This document shows positions 23,805 through 36,750 of a DNA stretch of 64,000 nucleotides, one piece after another (within the stretch, counting starts at the first letter, position 1; each line of letters starts with the position of its first letter). The stretch covers positions 19,964,001-20,028,000 of the forward strand of contig CM119379.1 of the NCBI GenBank assembly GCA_051294905.1, written 5' to 3'. Source of the DNA: Botryllus schlosseri. Taxonomy: Eukaryota. The notes under the pieces are model-generated. The model saw nothing but the letters and a program-made list of their open reading frames with translations. It ran no database searches and had not been told where the DNA came from. The position numbers and the translations under genes are program-made.

Positions 23805-26800
23805 TCAAAAGTCCTGAATATAATCGTCATCTATACTTCCTGCTTTACTGCCATTTTCAGGTGAGGTATCATTCAAGTACATCAGGTCGTAAGGGTTATA
23901 TTCCAGCCGTGATTCCTCAACCGCTTCTGTTCCCTTGGGAGCCCTTTGCTTCTCCAAGTTGCTTCGAGATCTTCTTGACGCTTCCGTGCGTAGAATATCC
24001 TGCATAGGTTTTGGAAGTACAGAACCGTCGCTATACGGGTTTTCCGCCCCGACACCCATTCCCCTTTCCGCCAGGGAGTCCAGTGCCAGTGAAGACCCCT
24101 CTCCGTCCCCGGATCTTCTGATTGTAGACAGAGCGTCCGAATATGTTTGTTTCGCTTCGAGCAGCTTCACCTCCAAGGAGTTGAGTCGCTTTGTGGTTGC
24201 CTATTTGTAAAACATGAACATGCTCATCGTACTTTTCTTTTTCCTACACAATCTCGTACCTCTAGCTTGATTTGGAAATCCTGCTGTACTTCAAAGTATG
24301 GTTTCGCTCGGATTATACTCCTCTGCAGTGTGGTCTGGAGCTGATTTTTCGTTTCTTCGGCATCTTCGAACTTTTTGGCCGCTTTCATATGCCTGCAGTG
24401 AATACGATCCTTCTCTCTCGATGCTTCATTGACCTGTTGTAGATAGAAGTAGCCAAACATTTCACCAGAGGTGGTTAGTGAGGAGAGTACTACTACTTCT
24501 TCAGAGCACTCAAGTAGGTTTCACCCACTTGCATTTGCACTTGCACCCCGTACTGAACTTTTAATGTTCTTTACTTTGACTCCTACTCGAACACTTGAAC
24601 AGTGTTATAGGCAAAACCACATACCTTTTAAAATTTGGATTTTGAAAGTGTTGATGTAAGTTTACTTGTGTAAAAACAGTGTTGGGATGACTCGAGTCAC
24701 TATTTTCGCGTGACGGGACTTGGCACTTCAGAAATGTGAATTGACTCGTGTCTTGCGTATGTTAGGATTATTCGCGAAACTCTGGTGTAAACTGTGAGAG
24801 CGACCAATCATTAAATGATCGTGCGTTTTACTGAGCCTCCATTGTTCTGTTACAAATAAATTGACCGCAATCGAAGCTTACAGCTTACGTTGTCGTAAAC
24901 CAGTAGTAAAGTAATTTAGTAGTAAAATATATATTTTTGTTCTCTGTTCTTAACTTAACCAAACATCTTGTTTTATTGAAATGGAATTCGAATATAGTTG
25001 ACATACTCCTCAACTATTGGCGCAGGCTCGAATTGTATCATATCAATATGTAAGTGGCTAATGTATTGCATCTTATCAATTTGTTTCTCTTTTATCAATG
25101 CTCTATTTTGGCTGCAACTATAAACTGAGGCTATGCAATTACTTACGTAGTATAACAGTTCTATGTATATTTGAGCAATACAGAGCCTTCTTGTGTGTAT
25201 ATTTAATTCTATATTCGTTTATCGATTTAAAATCAATGACCACTCAATCATGCCTCATACTTCAAAAAGTCGATTGACTTGACTTGACTCGAGTCAAAAT
25301 GTGCAATGACTCGAAATGACTTGTGACTCAAAGGTAGTGACTTGATCCCAATACTGGTAAAAAACTAGAGATATAGCCCCTGTTTCATGGTGACCGTCGG
25401 TAACTAAATATTTATCTATCATTGACAAAGATTCGTATCGCATTTTTAGAAGTAGCCACATCTGGTATACTGCAGTGAGTATGCGACCTTTGTGAACAAA
25501 TCTACGTTTAGAAGCTATTTACTAAACTACTTGCCAGAAGTATTCATTATTTACGTCCACTTGAAGTAGTTTTAACGTGTCTTGGAAATCGATGCTTTAT
25601 ATATATCTAATTCACTAGCAGCAATGAAGCTACTTCGACAACCTCTGTATTTTATCGACCGAGAAGAAGCATTTTCGAACCTTGGAAGTGGCCTGATTCA
25701 GCATCTCCTGCCACGTTGTATCAAACTTATCAGTCGACGTGGCCAGTCTCTCTTCCGCTACCTTGACCATGTCGCGTCCTGCTTTTTGAAGGTTGACGGC
25801 CCTCTTGTATTGTATGGTGGCTTGTTGAGTTTCGACTTGCGCTTTCCGCGATCTCATTACTGCGTCGAAGTACGGCCGCGCCCGGTCGACACACGAACCA
25901 AGGCTTTCTGAGATTTCTTTCAGTTTTCTTGAATATTCCGTCATCAGAGTTCTGTACTTGGCTCTTGTTGACTGTCAGTAAAAAATATTTCCTTTAGTAT
26001 GGTTCTCAACCTTTCTTCGGCCGTGGGCCATTTTCCGGTTTGAAAATGTTCTGTGGCCCACCTCTTATGCTAGAGTCATAGTCCTGTCCAATGGGTGGTA
26101 ATCGCCGGCACCGATAATGCCTACTTCTCTAAAATATGTGCACTTCTCTGTTACTAATGATAATATTTAAAAATAGACCACCATATCCCATTTTCGATTT
26201 GTACGTTGTGACTTCGTACGTTGGTGTAATGGTTATGCGTCCGGCTTCTCGAGCGGTAGGTCGTGGGTTCGATCCACGACCGGGTCATACCTAAGACTCG
26301 AAAAATGCTATCCGCAGCTATCCTGCTAGGCGCTCAGCAATCACGGATAGCATGGAGGAGAAAAAAAAAGGGGGCGCAGACTAGATGACCCCATGGGGCC
26401 GTATCGCAACTCCGTCGCCAAAGCATCTCGATGGTGCAGGCGAAAAAGAATATCATATCTCTCTCTCTCTCCACTACGACCCTTCTGAGTCTGATGAAAA
26501 GCTTTATGTAGCCCAGTGGTATAATTCGATAATATGAATATAATTATTTTTGAGCGAAGAACATAACAAATATAACTAAACTTTCACTAATTCTACAATT
26601 TTCCTAATAGCTCTGAAATCCACGTCAAAATGCTCCTGTGGCCCACCAGTGAGCCATGGCCCACAGTTTTAGAACCCCTGGTCTTGTCGCAATAAATAAT
26701 AATGGGGTTTCTGCAGCATTCATTTTGTCACCAGGCCTGCATCTACCATATTCATATCTCGGTGGTATCACATCGCTATCAAGTTAAGAACATGGACTAT

Positions 26801-29800
26801 TCGGTGTCAACGGAAATAGTATATAAACATTGACACATTAGTGTATTTTTGGAGAGATCTAGTGTTTGAAACTCATGGGTAGATACAGCATACAGACTAT
26901 AAACTATACATCTCAAAATTTAGTGCAAGTATGCATGACGTTTCCTAATCTAGCTATAAAGGCCATTTTCATGACGGTTCAAGCTGATTCATTGACCAGA
27001 CTCTCTCGTTTATGACGATGAGAATAACTGCTTTGAGTTGTTTTGAGCTCCAAGTTATTTTGTACAGCGGGTGACCAGCGGCTTGAGCGATGCGGCTGCT
27101 TGAATCAGGTATTCTAGTTAGCGTATATTGGCATACATTTGACGAAGACGTGTCAGCACAGGTTGAAAACCAAGTCCCACATGTACGATCTCTGGCTTTG
27201 TTCAAGAACCAGTCATACGCATTTCCGTAGAGTAATTATTCTAGAAATCAGCTTGAATGTTTTAGGCCAGTGGTTCCCAAATGGTGGGGAATTCAATGAT
27301 TTCTGGTGGGGAATAGACGCATTTGTTCGAAATTATATAAAGGACAGTCTTCATATTCACGGAGATACATGCTCAATTACTGTTACCAGTTAACTGCTCT
27401 GGAATGTATGTATCGAAAATTATATTGCATGTTGATCACAAAACTTCATTTCAACTCTGGATGGCCAATGATGGCGTCACAAACGCATCCAGCACTAGTT
27501 CGACGTGAAATGACTCTTTCGCGAAATTTTGAGCGTTACTGGTATCGGTTCACAATACGTTTTATGTTGCAATTAAAGGCGATTGTCTTGCGTACTGGTG
27601 TGGTTGTTTGTCTTATGTAGTCAAACCAGCAGATAGCTGCTCTTTGATGACCAAAGTGCTGGGTAGTGGGGCGCAGGACCGCAACTGTCGCACCCGTGGG
27701 GGAGCTCGAAGCGGCCCAAAATTGTTTCGTGAATAAATATAAATTAAAGTATTTTTTTGATATTTGTGCCACTTTATCAAAATATTTTCGCGCTGGGTGC
27801 TCGATTTAATATTGCCGAATATCTGATTATTCGGTACCCTTCCCCCACGAAAATACGTAGAATTTATAGAAATAGACACTTCGGCGTCGGCCATTACTGT
27901 GCCATGACGCACCAAGGCCATGTAACATGCAACTCAGAGAAGTGTGCCAGAACGATCAGCAGCGAGAAGACCTTGGCCGAGAAGGAATGGCCTTGTGGTG
28001 ACTGAAAACTTCGATATATAGACAATTTGCATACGTGTTTAATTGTCTATAGGCGGCTAAATGGCTGACGCCGAATGTTCCTGTCCTGGTGATCTGAACC
28101 CCTCAGGGCAAATGCCACCCCGTAGGGAAAAATTATTTGCCAGTAAAGTAATACCAATTTGAAATCGTGTGTACCTTTTAGTTTGGGCGATTTCCATATC
28201 ATTTGACATAGCAGATATAGGAGGCCACGAAATAGCATAATGTAATGAAGTCAATTTACCAACGGGTTCGCCCGAAGATGTTTACTTCTTATTTAGTGAT
28301 CCTACCTTTTCCAACACACCTCACTCGTCAGCTCTACCGGTAAATCTGATTACGTGAGCTGAGAGGGGATAAAAAATTGACAACGAAATATATGCAATTC
28401 CTGATCACATTTACCGATTCAAACAATAATTATATAAATTTTTCGCGCTTTGAGCGTTTAGTCAAAATATGGCGACGCACTAAACAGTATACCCAATGTA
28501 GCTGATAAGTAGCAGGGAAAAAGCGTACAGGCTCAGCGGGGCTTCGCCCCCCAGAAGTTGGGTTTATCACCCTGTGGGGGCCCAAGATCAACGTTTTTTG
28601 GTGGGGCTGACGAAGTGCTGTTACGGTCCTGGTGGGGAATGAAGGCTCGGAATAAATCTGAAGTGGGGAATGAAGACAAAAAGGTTGGGAACCACTGTTT
28701 TAGGCCTAATGCCAGTATTAGTAATTCCATGTCAAATCAACCACACTCTTCTCCACTAGGTCTCAGATTGCAATGAAAATGGAGGGGTAAATGTGGTATC
28801 CAGCCCTGACTGCAGCAAACTTGATTTTATCAAAATTGGTCCACTCATCAGAAAATTATAAAACGGTTGACTAGGTGAAGAGGACTGGCGAAATCATACA
28901 TACAAATGGATGCGTCAAAGGCTATTTGTTGAAATCAACCAATTGCTAAGGTTTTACTAATGCTAATCGCTTACATCCAACTGGACTTCTAATCTTGTGA
29001 TGCGTTCGTGAGCCCGCTGCAGTTTGTCAAGATCGGACTGTAGGTTTTTCGTAACGTTTGAGTATGATGTCAGAGTCGACTCTGGTATGCTCTGCAATTC
29101 TGTCAAGCTGTCCAGCGACCCAGCACGCTTCAAGCCGCCATAAACCCCATGGTTCTGATGCATGTCATCCATCTGAAATGGGATAGTAAAAGTGGTGCTA
29201 GTATCGTATTGGACAGAGTAGAAAACCAGCATGAAGCGAGAACAATGAAAGGTTTAGGAAGGCTCCAAGGATAAATTTAGCAAGCAAGGTCAAATGAGGA
29301 TCGGTATTTCCAAGAATCACCCGTAAATTGATCTGATTTGCCCTGGAGCCCATTTCCATGCATGGTATGCAATGAATTAGCCATCACTGGTAGACTGAAA
29401 TGCTATACCTTTACAATATTGAAACCAAAGTTGACCTTGGAACGTTACATGGATAAAGTAACCGAGTTTCCTCACGGCTTTACTCAAGCATGCATGTGAT
29501 GACGTATGAAAGAACAGTCACAACAAAGCACATCCTTCAGAAACAAATGCACAGACAAAATGAAAAAAAAAAACAGTCGGTTGAACTGAAAGGAACCCAG
29601 GCGTGAAACAAGGCGAATCATCCCATTCAGCAAATCAAATATGCTCATGATTGACAGAAATCCCACCATTTTCACCTGTCGCTTTCCATATGTTTTCCCC
29701 GACATATCAATGTTAAGATGGGATCCAACATTAAAAATCTATTGCAAATAAAAATTCACAAGGGTTAGTCATTGCTTCCCAGTACCAACATCAGCAGATG

Positions 29801-32800
29801 TAAAAAATAATGTATTCATTGCTCATCTGGGTTATTATGGATACCGGTAGCTGATTTGCTGCAAAATATTGCAGGTCAAGAAATCAACTTGATTTCATGA
29901 ACAGTAGAATTGTACACGTGCATATTAGAACGTTGCGTTTGAGTGCAATGTGAACATGAACATAATGTAAATGTTTTAATTCTTGTACCAGCAGATTGAT
30001 AAAACTAAGCTTGGTAAAACAAACATACCGTAACACGGGGTGACTTTAGCACTGCCGGGTGACTTTGGCCGAAAACCAATATTCGTTTCTATTGCACACA
30101 TCGAACAATATATCGATGTATGAGTACTTTGAGCAATTGTTTAGGAACAATCTGCATCAATAGAGTACTATTAATGCAAATTTCATGGTTGATACAACAC
30201 TTTTACATGTTCGCAGCCATTTTTATATTGACAGGTATGGTGAGAAATTTCACCACACTTTTTACGTACTCAAACTTTTGTTTGGTTTACATGCAAAGTA
30301 GGTGTTTGAGGCAATTTCCTTTGATTTGCAGACAAAGTCTATGTATCTGACAGCATTTCTGGGGTTTTATGGACGAAACTACAGTTCATTATTTCAAGAT
30401 TGTCAAAATCATGTGGCTGATCAATTTTTTAAATTTTTTGCAATTTATGGGGTGACTTTGGCCAGCTATTTAGAGTCAGCTAAAATGGGTATTTTTTGCA
30501 TCAAGATTAATCTGAGCATTTGTAGCTTCTAAACAATTAAAGGCCAAGGATATATAGAAGAAATCTTGGTGCCAGGAGTTGTAAAGACTACTCCGCAGAT
30601 GAGATCCAAGCGGCACTAAGAATGGTCGAGGAAGGAATGTCGGAAAGATCTGTGAGTGAAATAACTGGTATTCCGAGAGGGACTTTACAGAATAAAAGGA
30701 TAGGAAAGCATTCGAAATCACCAGGAGGCCAGCCTGTTTTATCGCCAGATATGGAAAAGAAAATAGCAGACCATTGTATGGCGCAGGCAGATTTTGGATT
30801 TCCTGTAGACGAATTTTGTCTTGGGAAAAGTATCTCGAGAGAGGAGGTTGCCAGGATAATTGCCATACAAGAGGAGAAGAAGGCTTCAAAAGGGAAGAAA
30901 AAATGGTGACCAAACATCAACATCCCAACAAAAATGAGTTGAATTAGTCACAAGCACTCAACATGAAAATCATGACGATTCTTCAGAAGCAGAAAATTTC
31001 CAAGAAGATTTCTGTAATGATGTATTTGAAGTGGGAGCATTAGAAAAGGAGTTGAGAGCAAAACTAAAAGCTGGCCAGTAGGCCTATGTAATAATTAAGT
31101 ATAAGGGAGAATTATTTCCAGGTGCTGTGGAGAGTACAGAACAGCATGGTGCAGAAGTCAGTGTTATGCAAAAATCAGGAAGCAATTGGAAATGGCCAAT
31201 TCAAAAAGATCAGATATTCTATTACTGGAAAGATATTAAACAGAATCTGCGACCCGGACTTACTGAATGCTCGTGGAATCTACAAAGTGAATGAACTTGA
31301 AGGGCATTGGCATTGAACTACTTTTTGTCATTGGTTTGTTAAATTTCGTTGTAATTTTGAAGATTTTTGTGGTTTTGCATTCAAATTAAAGTCTGAAAAA
31401 TCACCATTGGTTGGATACTTCTTTTTTAAAAGACTGTAGATGGCCAAAGTCAACTTCTCAGCTTGTGTCATTGACAAATATGACGGCTAGATGTCCTGGA
31501 AGTACAAAAAATGGTGCTCGGCCAAAGACACCCCATTGCCGGGTGACTTTGGCCACCACAGAAAAATTGAAAAAAATTATCAAAAACATGACAATAATTT
31601 TCTTTTCCTAGTTTAATCAATAGATCTAACCCTTCCGCCCATAACAAAGTTGAAGAAGGCAGAAAATAATAACATATCATAAAATAATTCAACGTTGAAT
31701 GTGAAAAGTGGTACAAAGTCACCCCGTGTTACGGTACCGTAGTTCTCTACCTGATTTTGAAGATGAACAAGCTTGTCCATACTGTCCAAGGCATTCGTGG
31801 AGCTGTTGCTTTGAAAACGATTTCGAAATAGCTGCAATTCTTCAGCAGAATCGTCAGGAGCAAGCATGCTCAGTGCATCGTTGAATTCGGAATTTCCATC
31901 CGTCTCCGCCAGGTCAAGAAACGATTTTCTCATCGATTCATAAGACTGAAATAATACGAATAAGTCGACTAGGACATTACCAGATAACCGTACTAGGATG
32001 CACGTGCCAAGAAAACAAATCCTCCTGGTCATGATCTATCATATTATCATGCAGAGACGACTGTAATAGTGTTACTTAATAACCTCACGTTTAGTTATTT
32101 TTCTCTGTTTTGTTAATATTAATATAAAGATTCATGGGAGTGCTTTTTAATAAGACAAAGATAGTTATATATGTATATGTTATAGTTCTACCATCAAAAT
32201 GAAGGGCGAACACATTCACACACATGACCATTGTCGTTAGTATCTTTTGAATCACCTAGTAGCACATAGGCCCGTACCGGTAATTATTATCATTAAATTT
32301 CTTGTGAAGAGTTTTAATGAAAGGAAATTTACAAAATCCCGCATGAAATCACTAGCCAACTAACTCTGTATGAATATAATGCAAGCTTTTGAAGTACCGC
32401 ATTTATAGTGCAGGCTACAAGAAAACACTAAAGGGACAGAGCAAGTTAAACATATCCATGTCATGACACCACAGTTCCATAGAACAATTTTAGGCAGCAT
32501 CACATCATGCCAATTCATCAAATAATGATTCATTACTTATTAATTAATACGTAAGTAAATCGGCATGAATCCAGCAGAGAAAGCAGAAACTGAGGTAACG
32601 GCATCAAAACATAACAAAATAGAAATTTAAGGGAAGATTACTACGTTCTAGGTCTTCTTAGAATGGCCAACATTCACGACTAGCTTTCAATATCAAACCA
32701 ATGTACAGTATTTAATACAGGCGAGTACTATTCGACCACTGACCAGAGTGCAGTTAAACAAAGATGAGTAGATAACAGAACACAGGAGATAGGTACGAAG

Positions 32801-33092
32801 CACAACACACAAGAGTTGAACGACACCAACATAAATGCATGAAGATACCTTATGAAAGTTCTTAATTCTCATACAAGTCAGTCAGAATAGCTATATGTGA
32901 TGTTCCACGTCTGTTGTGTTATTAACATTACCTGCAGGTCAAGCAATACTTTGGTATGATCATTGACGAGGTTTTTCTTCTCCGACAGGAGGCTGTTGAC
33001 TTCTTGCACAAGAAAAAGGCCAAGTTCACTGCATAGATATAGGGCCTTTTCATTCATGCTCAATTCAACTTCAAGTTGCAGCTGTTGGTCGA
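23805..33092 (-). CDS. SH3BP5: SH3BP5/SH3BP5L-family (Rab11 GEF, REI-1/parcas-like) protein with N-terminal extension; first exon not found
   Basis: Phase-consistent GT-AG exons 33092-32932, 31945-31751, 29172-28975, 25971-25681, 24433-24260 and 24200-23805. Family motifs LQSDLDKLQRAHERITRLEVQLD, VDRARPYF, FDTTWQEMLNQAT and IIRAKPYFEVQ. The link of the two upstream exons rests on splice phase only. Confidence 0.82.
24677..25356. mobile_element. hAT-like MITE in an SH3BP5 intron
   Basis: TIRs CAGTGTTGGGAT / ATCCCAATACTG; flanks gtaaaaa / gtaaaaaa; TGACTCGAGTC subterminal motifs. Confidence 0.7.
25997..26680. mobile_element. Degenerate hAT (Charlie-like) MITE hosting a SINE
   Basis: Ends tatggttctcaac / gttttagaacccctg with ggcccac subterminal motifs; no clear TSD. 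Confidence 0.55.
26214..26510 (+). mobile_element. tRNA-derived SINE with a Meta-domain-like core
   Basis: A-box tggtgtaatgg, B-box ggttcgatcc, then gggtcatacctaagactcgaaaaatgctatcc...cctgctaggcgctcagca, and a (CT)n near the 3' end. The Meta-domain resemblance is from memory. Confidence 0.7.
27268..28697. mobile_element. hAT non-autonomous element, 1430 bp
   Basis: TIRs CAGTGGTTCCCAA / TTGGGAACCACTG; perfect 8-bp TSD ttttaggc (27260-27267, 28698-28705). Confidence 0.88.
30028..31734 (+). mobile_element. Internally deleted pogo/Fot1-like transposon, 1707 bp
   Basis: TIRs CCGTAACACGGGGTGACTTT / AAAGTCACCCCGTGTTACGG with TA TSD. Remnant ORF (~30570-30909) encodes a psq/CENP-B-type HTH (YSADEIQAALRMVEEGMSERSVSEITGIPRGTLQNK...GGQPVLSPDMEKKI), followed by a C-terminal piece (YVIIKYKGELFPG...MQKSGSNWKWP). 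No DDD core is present. Confidence 0.88.
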
Positions 33093-33326
33093 CTAAAAAC
33101 AGATATCAAAGTTTCAACTTGTGTTCACAACATGCAGTAGTGTCAACAACCTGATGCTCGGTCCCGTAAACCGCCTATGATCGTATCTTGCGAAGATTCG
33201 TAGTTATTGTTCAGACCATCACAAATGTGATACGGTTCCGATTCGGTGACAAACAACTGAGGTTCTTCCATATTCTTTTTTATTCAAATCTATATGATTA
33301 GGCCTATATATAGATAGATTTACCTG

Positions 33327-33790
33327 TATAATAATAATAATAATAATATAACAATTTATAGAGCGCCGAATATAACAATATATCATTACTACACTAGGGC
33401 GCTGTACATAAAAGGCAATAAAATATAAAAGTAAACGATATGTATAAAAGACGAAGTGCATAGTTGTAGGGCGGAATGAACACTACTCTAGTTCGAACGC
33501 TCGTGTGAATAAAACGGTCTTGATTTTGCGTTTGAAAACATATAGCGAGTCACATAGTCTGATAGAAATTGGAAGATTGTTCCACAGAATGGCGGCCGAG
33601 GAAGAAAAGGTTCTCTCGCCGTAGGTCGATGTTCTGACTCTTGGAACGGACAAGAGCTTTTGCGACTGAGAACGTAGCGCTCTTCCGGGATTATACATTG
33701 ACACTAGCTCACGAAGATACGCTGGTGCACTTCCCTCCATGCATTTGAAGACGTACAGAAGAAGCTTGTATGTATGACATGTGATAGAAG
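33327..33790 (-). mobile_element. 5'-truncated L2-clade LINE
   Basis: YKLLLYVFKCMEGSAPAYLRELV...ALRS...YGERTFS...LWNNLP...FKRKIKT; 3' end ggcgctctataaat followed by (TAT)n. Confidence 0.85.
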
Positions 33791-35194
33791 ACGATCATGC
33801 CTATGTTATTCAAAAATGTCTGGCCCTGATATACCGTTACCGTACGCTTTATGTCCTCATCGGAAACGGCATAGCAGTATTTAGACATGCAAAAATTTAG
33901 CTAGATATCGAGGTTTATCATAACGTGTGATGAAATCAAAAGACTTTTTCCATAAATGTGAGCGATGGGGTTCATCGCTATGTCTGAGATTCAGTTTTGC
34001 AGCGTGACTAGATTTGAACGGGATTTCACTAAGCGAAGTTTGTCGTCAGAGACCAACTCTGGCTGGGTTTTAAAGGTAAAGGTGACATACTGATTCTGAC
34101 GCAGTGATAGGCAATAAAGGTTAAATATGCTATGGTATTAAAACAGTTCATGTTCTTCCGTAAAGTCTTTATGGTAAGCAGTTTATTTGTTTTGCATGAC
34201 AGCAGAATTTATAGTCTAACCGTAGGATTTTCAATTATATTATAGGCCTACATGGTATTACAATCTATTTCCGTTTTTCCATTATCTGTATTCGACTGAG
34301 AACAGTATATGCCTCTAAAATAGTAATGATATTCACTATCAATGATAGCTTTTTATAACTGATTGAAGAGCTTCTTAGAGGCATATAACTTCAACTTACA
34401 ATAGAATAATATATTCATGTTATTGATTGTCTGACCAGTCAACAGTCAACACAATGGTTCTTTGATCGCACCCAGCCTGTAGCAAAAACTATCTCTCTCT
34501 CGTATGATATGATCAGGTTTACCTGGTCACACCAAGCCTTCACGCCCAAACTATAGATTACTAATAAATATAGTATAATAATATATAGTAATCCAAAATA
34601 TTACGGACATTCCAAACCAAAGACAACCAATGTAACCGGTTTATCCAAGTAATCCATACTAAAAGTGAGAGTCTGAGAGATCTCACGACCACTGAGCTAT
34701 ATTAACGACGTGCACCTCTAACGCCACCTCACGAATAAGATGTAGCTACCTGGAGCTTACTGCAGACAACAGAGTGCAGATACGTTCTCGTTTATGACAT
34801 TTTTGAAAGGACGCCTAAATGTCCTATTTTTTGGAAATTTGTCCTCTTTTCTGAAAAAATTGGTTAAAGGTACGTGGAAATTGGACTGAGATAAAGTAAA
34901 TTAGCGGACAAGTAATGGACTGACGTGTTTTTCATGACTCCAGCCAGAGAAATGACCTTTTTTTGTGAACAGACCACGAAGTCGGTGAAAATTTACAATG
35001 TTTTCAGGATTTTATGCAGTATTGTAATTCTGACAATTTTTGAAAAAGTGTCCAACATATGGAACCCACTATACACTTGAATGAATTACGATTACGTCCT
35101 TTTAGGTTATCTTCTGTTACCTTTTGCAATGCCTCTTATTTAAATTTTCTACGCCAATTAACACTGGGATAATTTACGTATAGGCTGCCAATTT

Positions 35195-35392
35195 TATTCA
35201 ATAATCGTCAGATTATATTTTCATCTGATCAAGACACTGGTATCAACCTTGAACTAGTACCCGAAGTCACAGTTTTTTTCGATGGTATAATCTCTAATCC
35301 GCGGCCCTTTCCATTCCTTGTGAGTGCGTTCTTTCATCGGGTTTTTTAGTCGCCGTAAGAACACGGACGCGGGGAAAGAGGAGCCCAGATAA
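35195..35392 (-). mobile_element. Diverged copy of the 20.2-20.5 kb SINE
   Basis: Shares gaggagcccaga, ctttcatc, cacagtt and ataatcgtc.gattata with 20230-20505. Confidence 0.55.
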
Positions 35393-35924
35393 ACGCGGAA
35401 TTTATGTCATGACAAACAACTACTTATACTTACTCGAGTAGATTTAAAGTCAGTCAATTCTACTTCTACTTCAAGTAGTTTTAGATTGCTTACGTAAGAA
35501 GTACTTCTACTCGTACTTGAGTAGATTTTTTCGTCGCTACTTTTACTTGAGTAGCTTTCTTGACTACTTTCACCACCTCTGTGTATATTGCACTAAAGAC
35601 ATAAGTCCATCCTATTCGACACCAAAACAATTACCAAAAATATAAATATTAAGAGAAATATGCTGATGACTTCCCATATAAAAATCATGTATAATGTGCA
35701 TAATGCGCTATCTGTGTTCCACCCCTGCCTTTTCTTTAGTTTTTCCCTGCTCTTTTCATTAGCTTCTTTGTCGCCACCAGGAAGGATCTCAGATAAACCT
35801 CTGGCGTTTCGGAATACCCTATCACCGAAGCACAACCAGGTAGGCCTATCTAGATCGTCGATATAACCATGTACGTTAACTCAGCATCGTGGAAGATAAC
35901 TAGAAATGCATAGAAGGTATATAC

Positions 35925-36243
35925 CAGTGGTTCTCAAACTTTTTTAGACACGCCCCCCTTTATGATAATGAAATATTTCGCGCCCCCTTCATCGCGATAT
36001 CGCAACATATTAAAGTCTATAAAGAGAGCTATCAGAATGCTAGCAATCCTAACGGATAGTTTGATGACATCGAAGGTTATGGCTGTTGATGAGAGAATTC
36101 CCAAATACGATGTTCGGACAATAGAAAGACCAATAACCGTGAGCTGGAGATTAATCGCGCCGTGAGCGAAAAAAAATTTCAGTCAACTGCGACTTCACGC
36201 CCCACATCAGAAGCTTTCACGCCCTCCCGTTTGAGAACCACTG
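35925..36243. mobile_element. hAT (Charlie-like) MITE
   Basis: TIRs CAGTGGTTCTCAAAC / GTTTGAGAACCACTG; TSD gtatatac / gtctatac. Confidence 0.85.
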
Positions 36244-36750
36244 GTCTATACTATCACGATTGAACCCCCACATCGGCGAATTGACAGAGTGCAATCTTGA
36301 TTTTCCGGCCGTCTTCCCCTTGGCTTTTTTTGTACCCAAGTAACATGAGTGACTAGCCCTACCGCACTGTCAGACACCAATATCTATTACTTCTTCCCAT
36401 ACCCCTACAAACTGAAGAACCATCCCAGAGTGCTATGGAAGGCATGTGACATGACCCATTGAGTATTTGAAGATACAACCCACCAAGCATAAAGTTTCCA
36501 CTGCCCATTGCAATTTCAGACTCAAAATGATTTTCCAAAACAACATTTTTATCAAATTCAAAAACAATCCGACCAAACAACAATCATGATAATTAAATAT
36601 AGGCAAACATTGATTCAAAACTTTCCATGCTATGGCAGAGTTCAATCACATGACCTCGTCCGGTGACTATAAAATGAAAATAAGTGGTCCACGACTGTAA
36701 ATTTCACAAAAGCATAATTATGTCCGGGGGTCAGCAAATCGGTCGTAATC

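Noticed and set aside
26491-26505. CTGATGA as another hammerhead core
   Set aside because: No stem II followed by GAAA, and no stem I/III pairing.
35593-35835. First exon of SH3BP5, or a further polycystin exon
   Set aside because: No convincing phase-1 donor or homology; I left the first exon unassigned.
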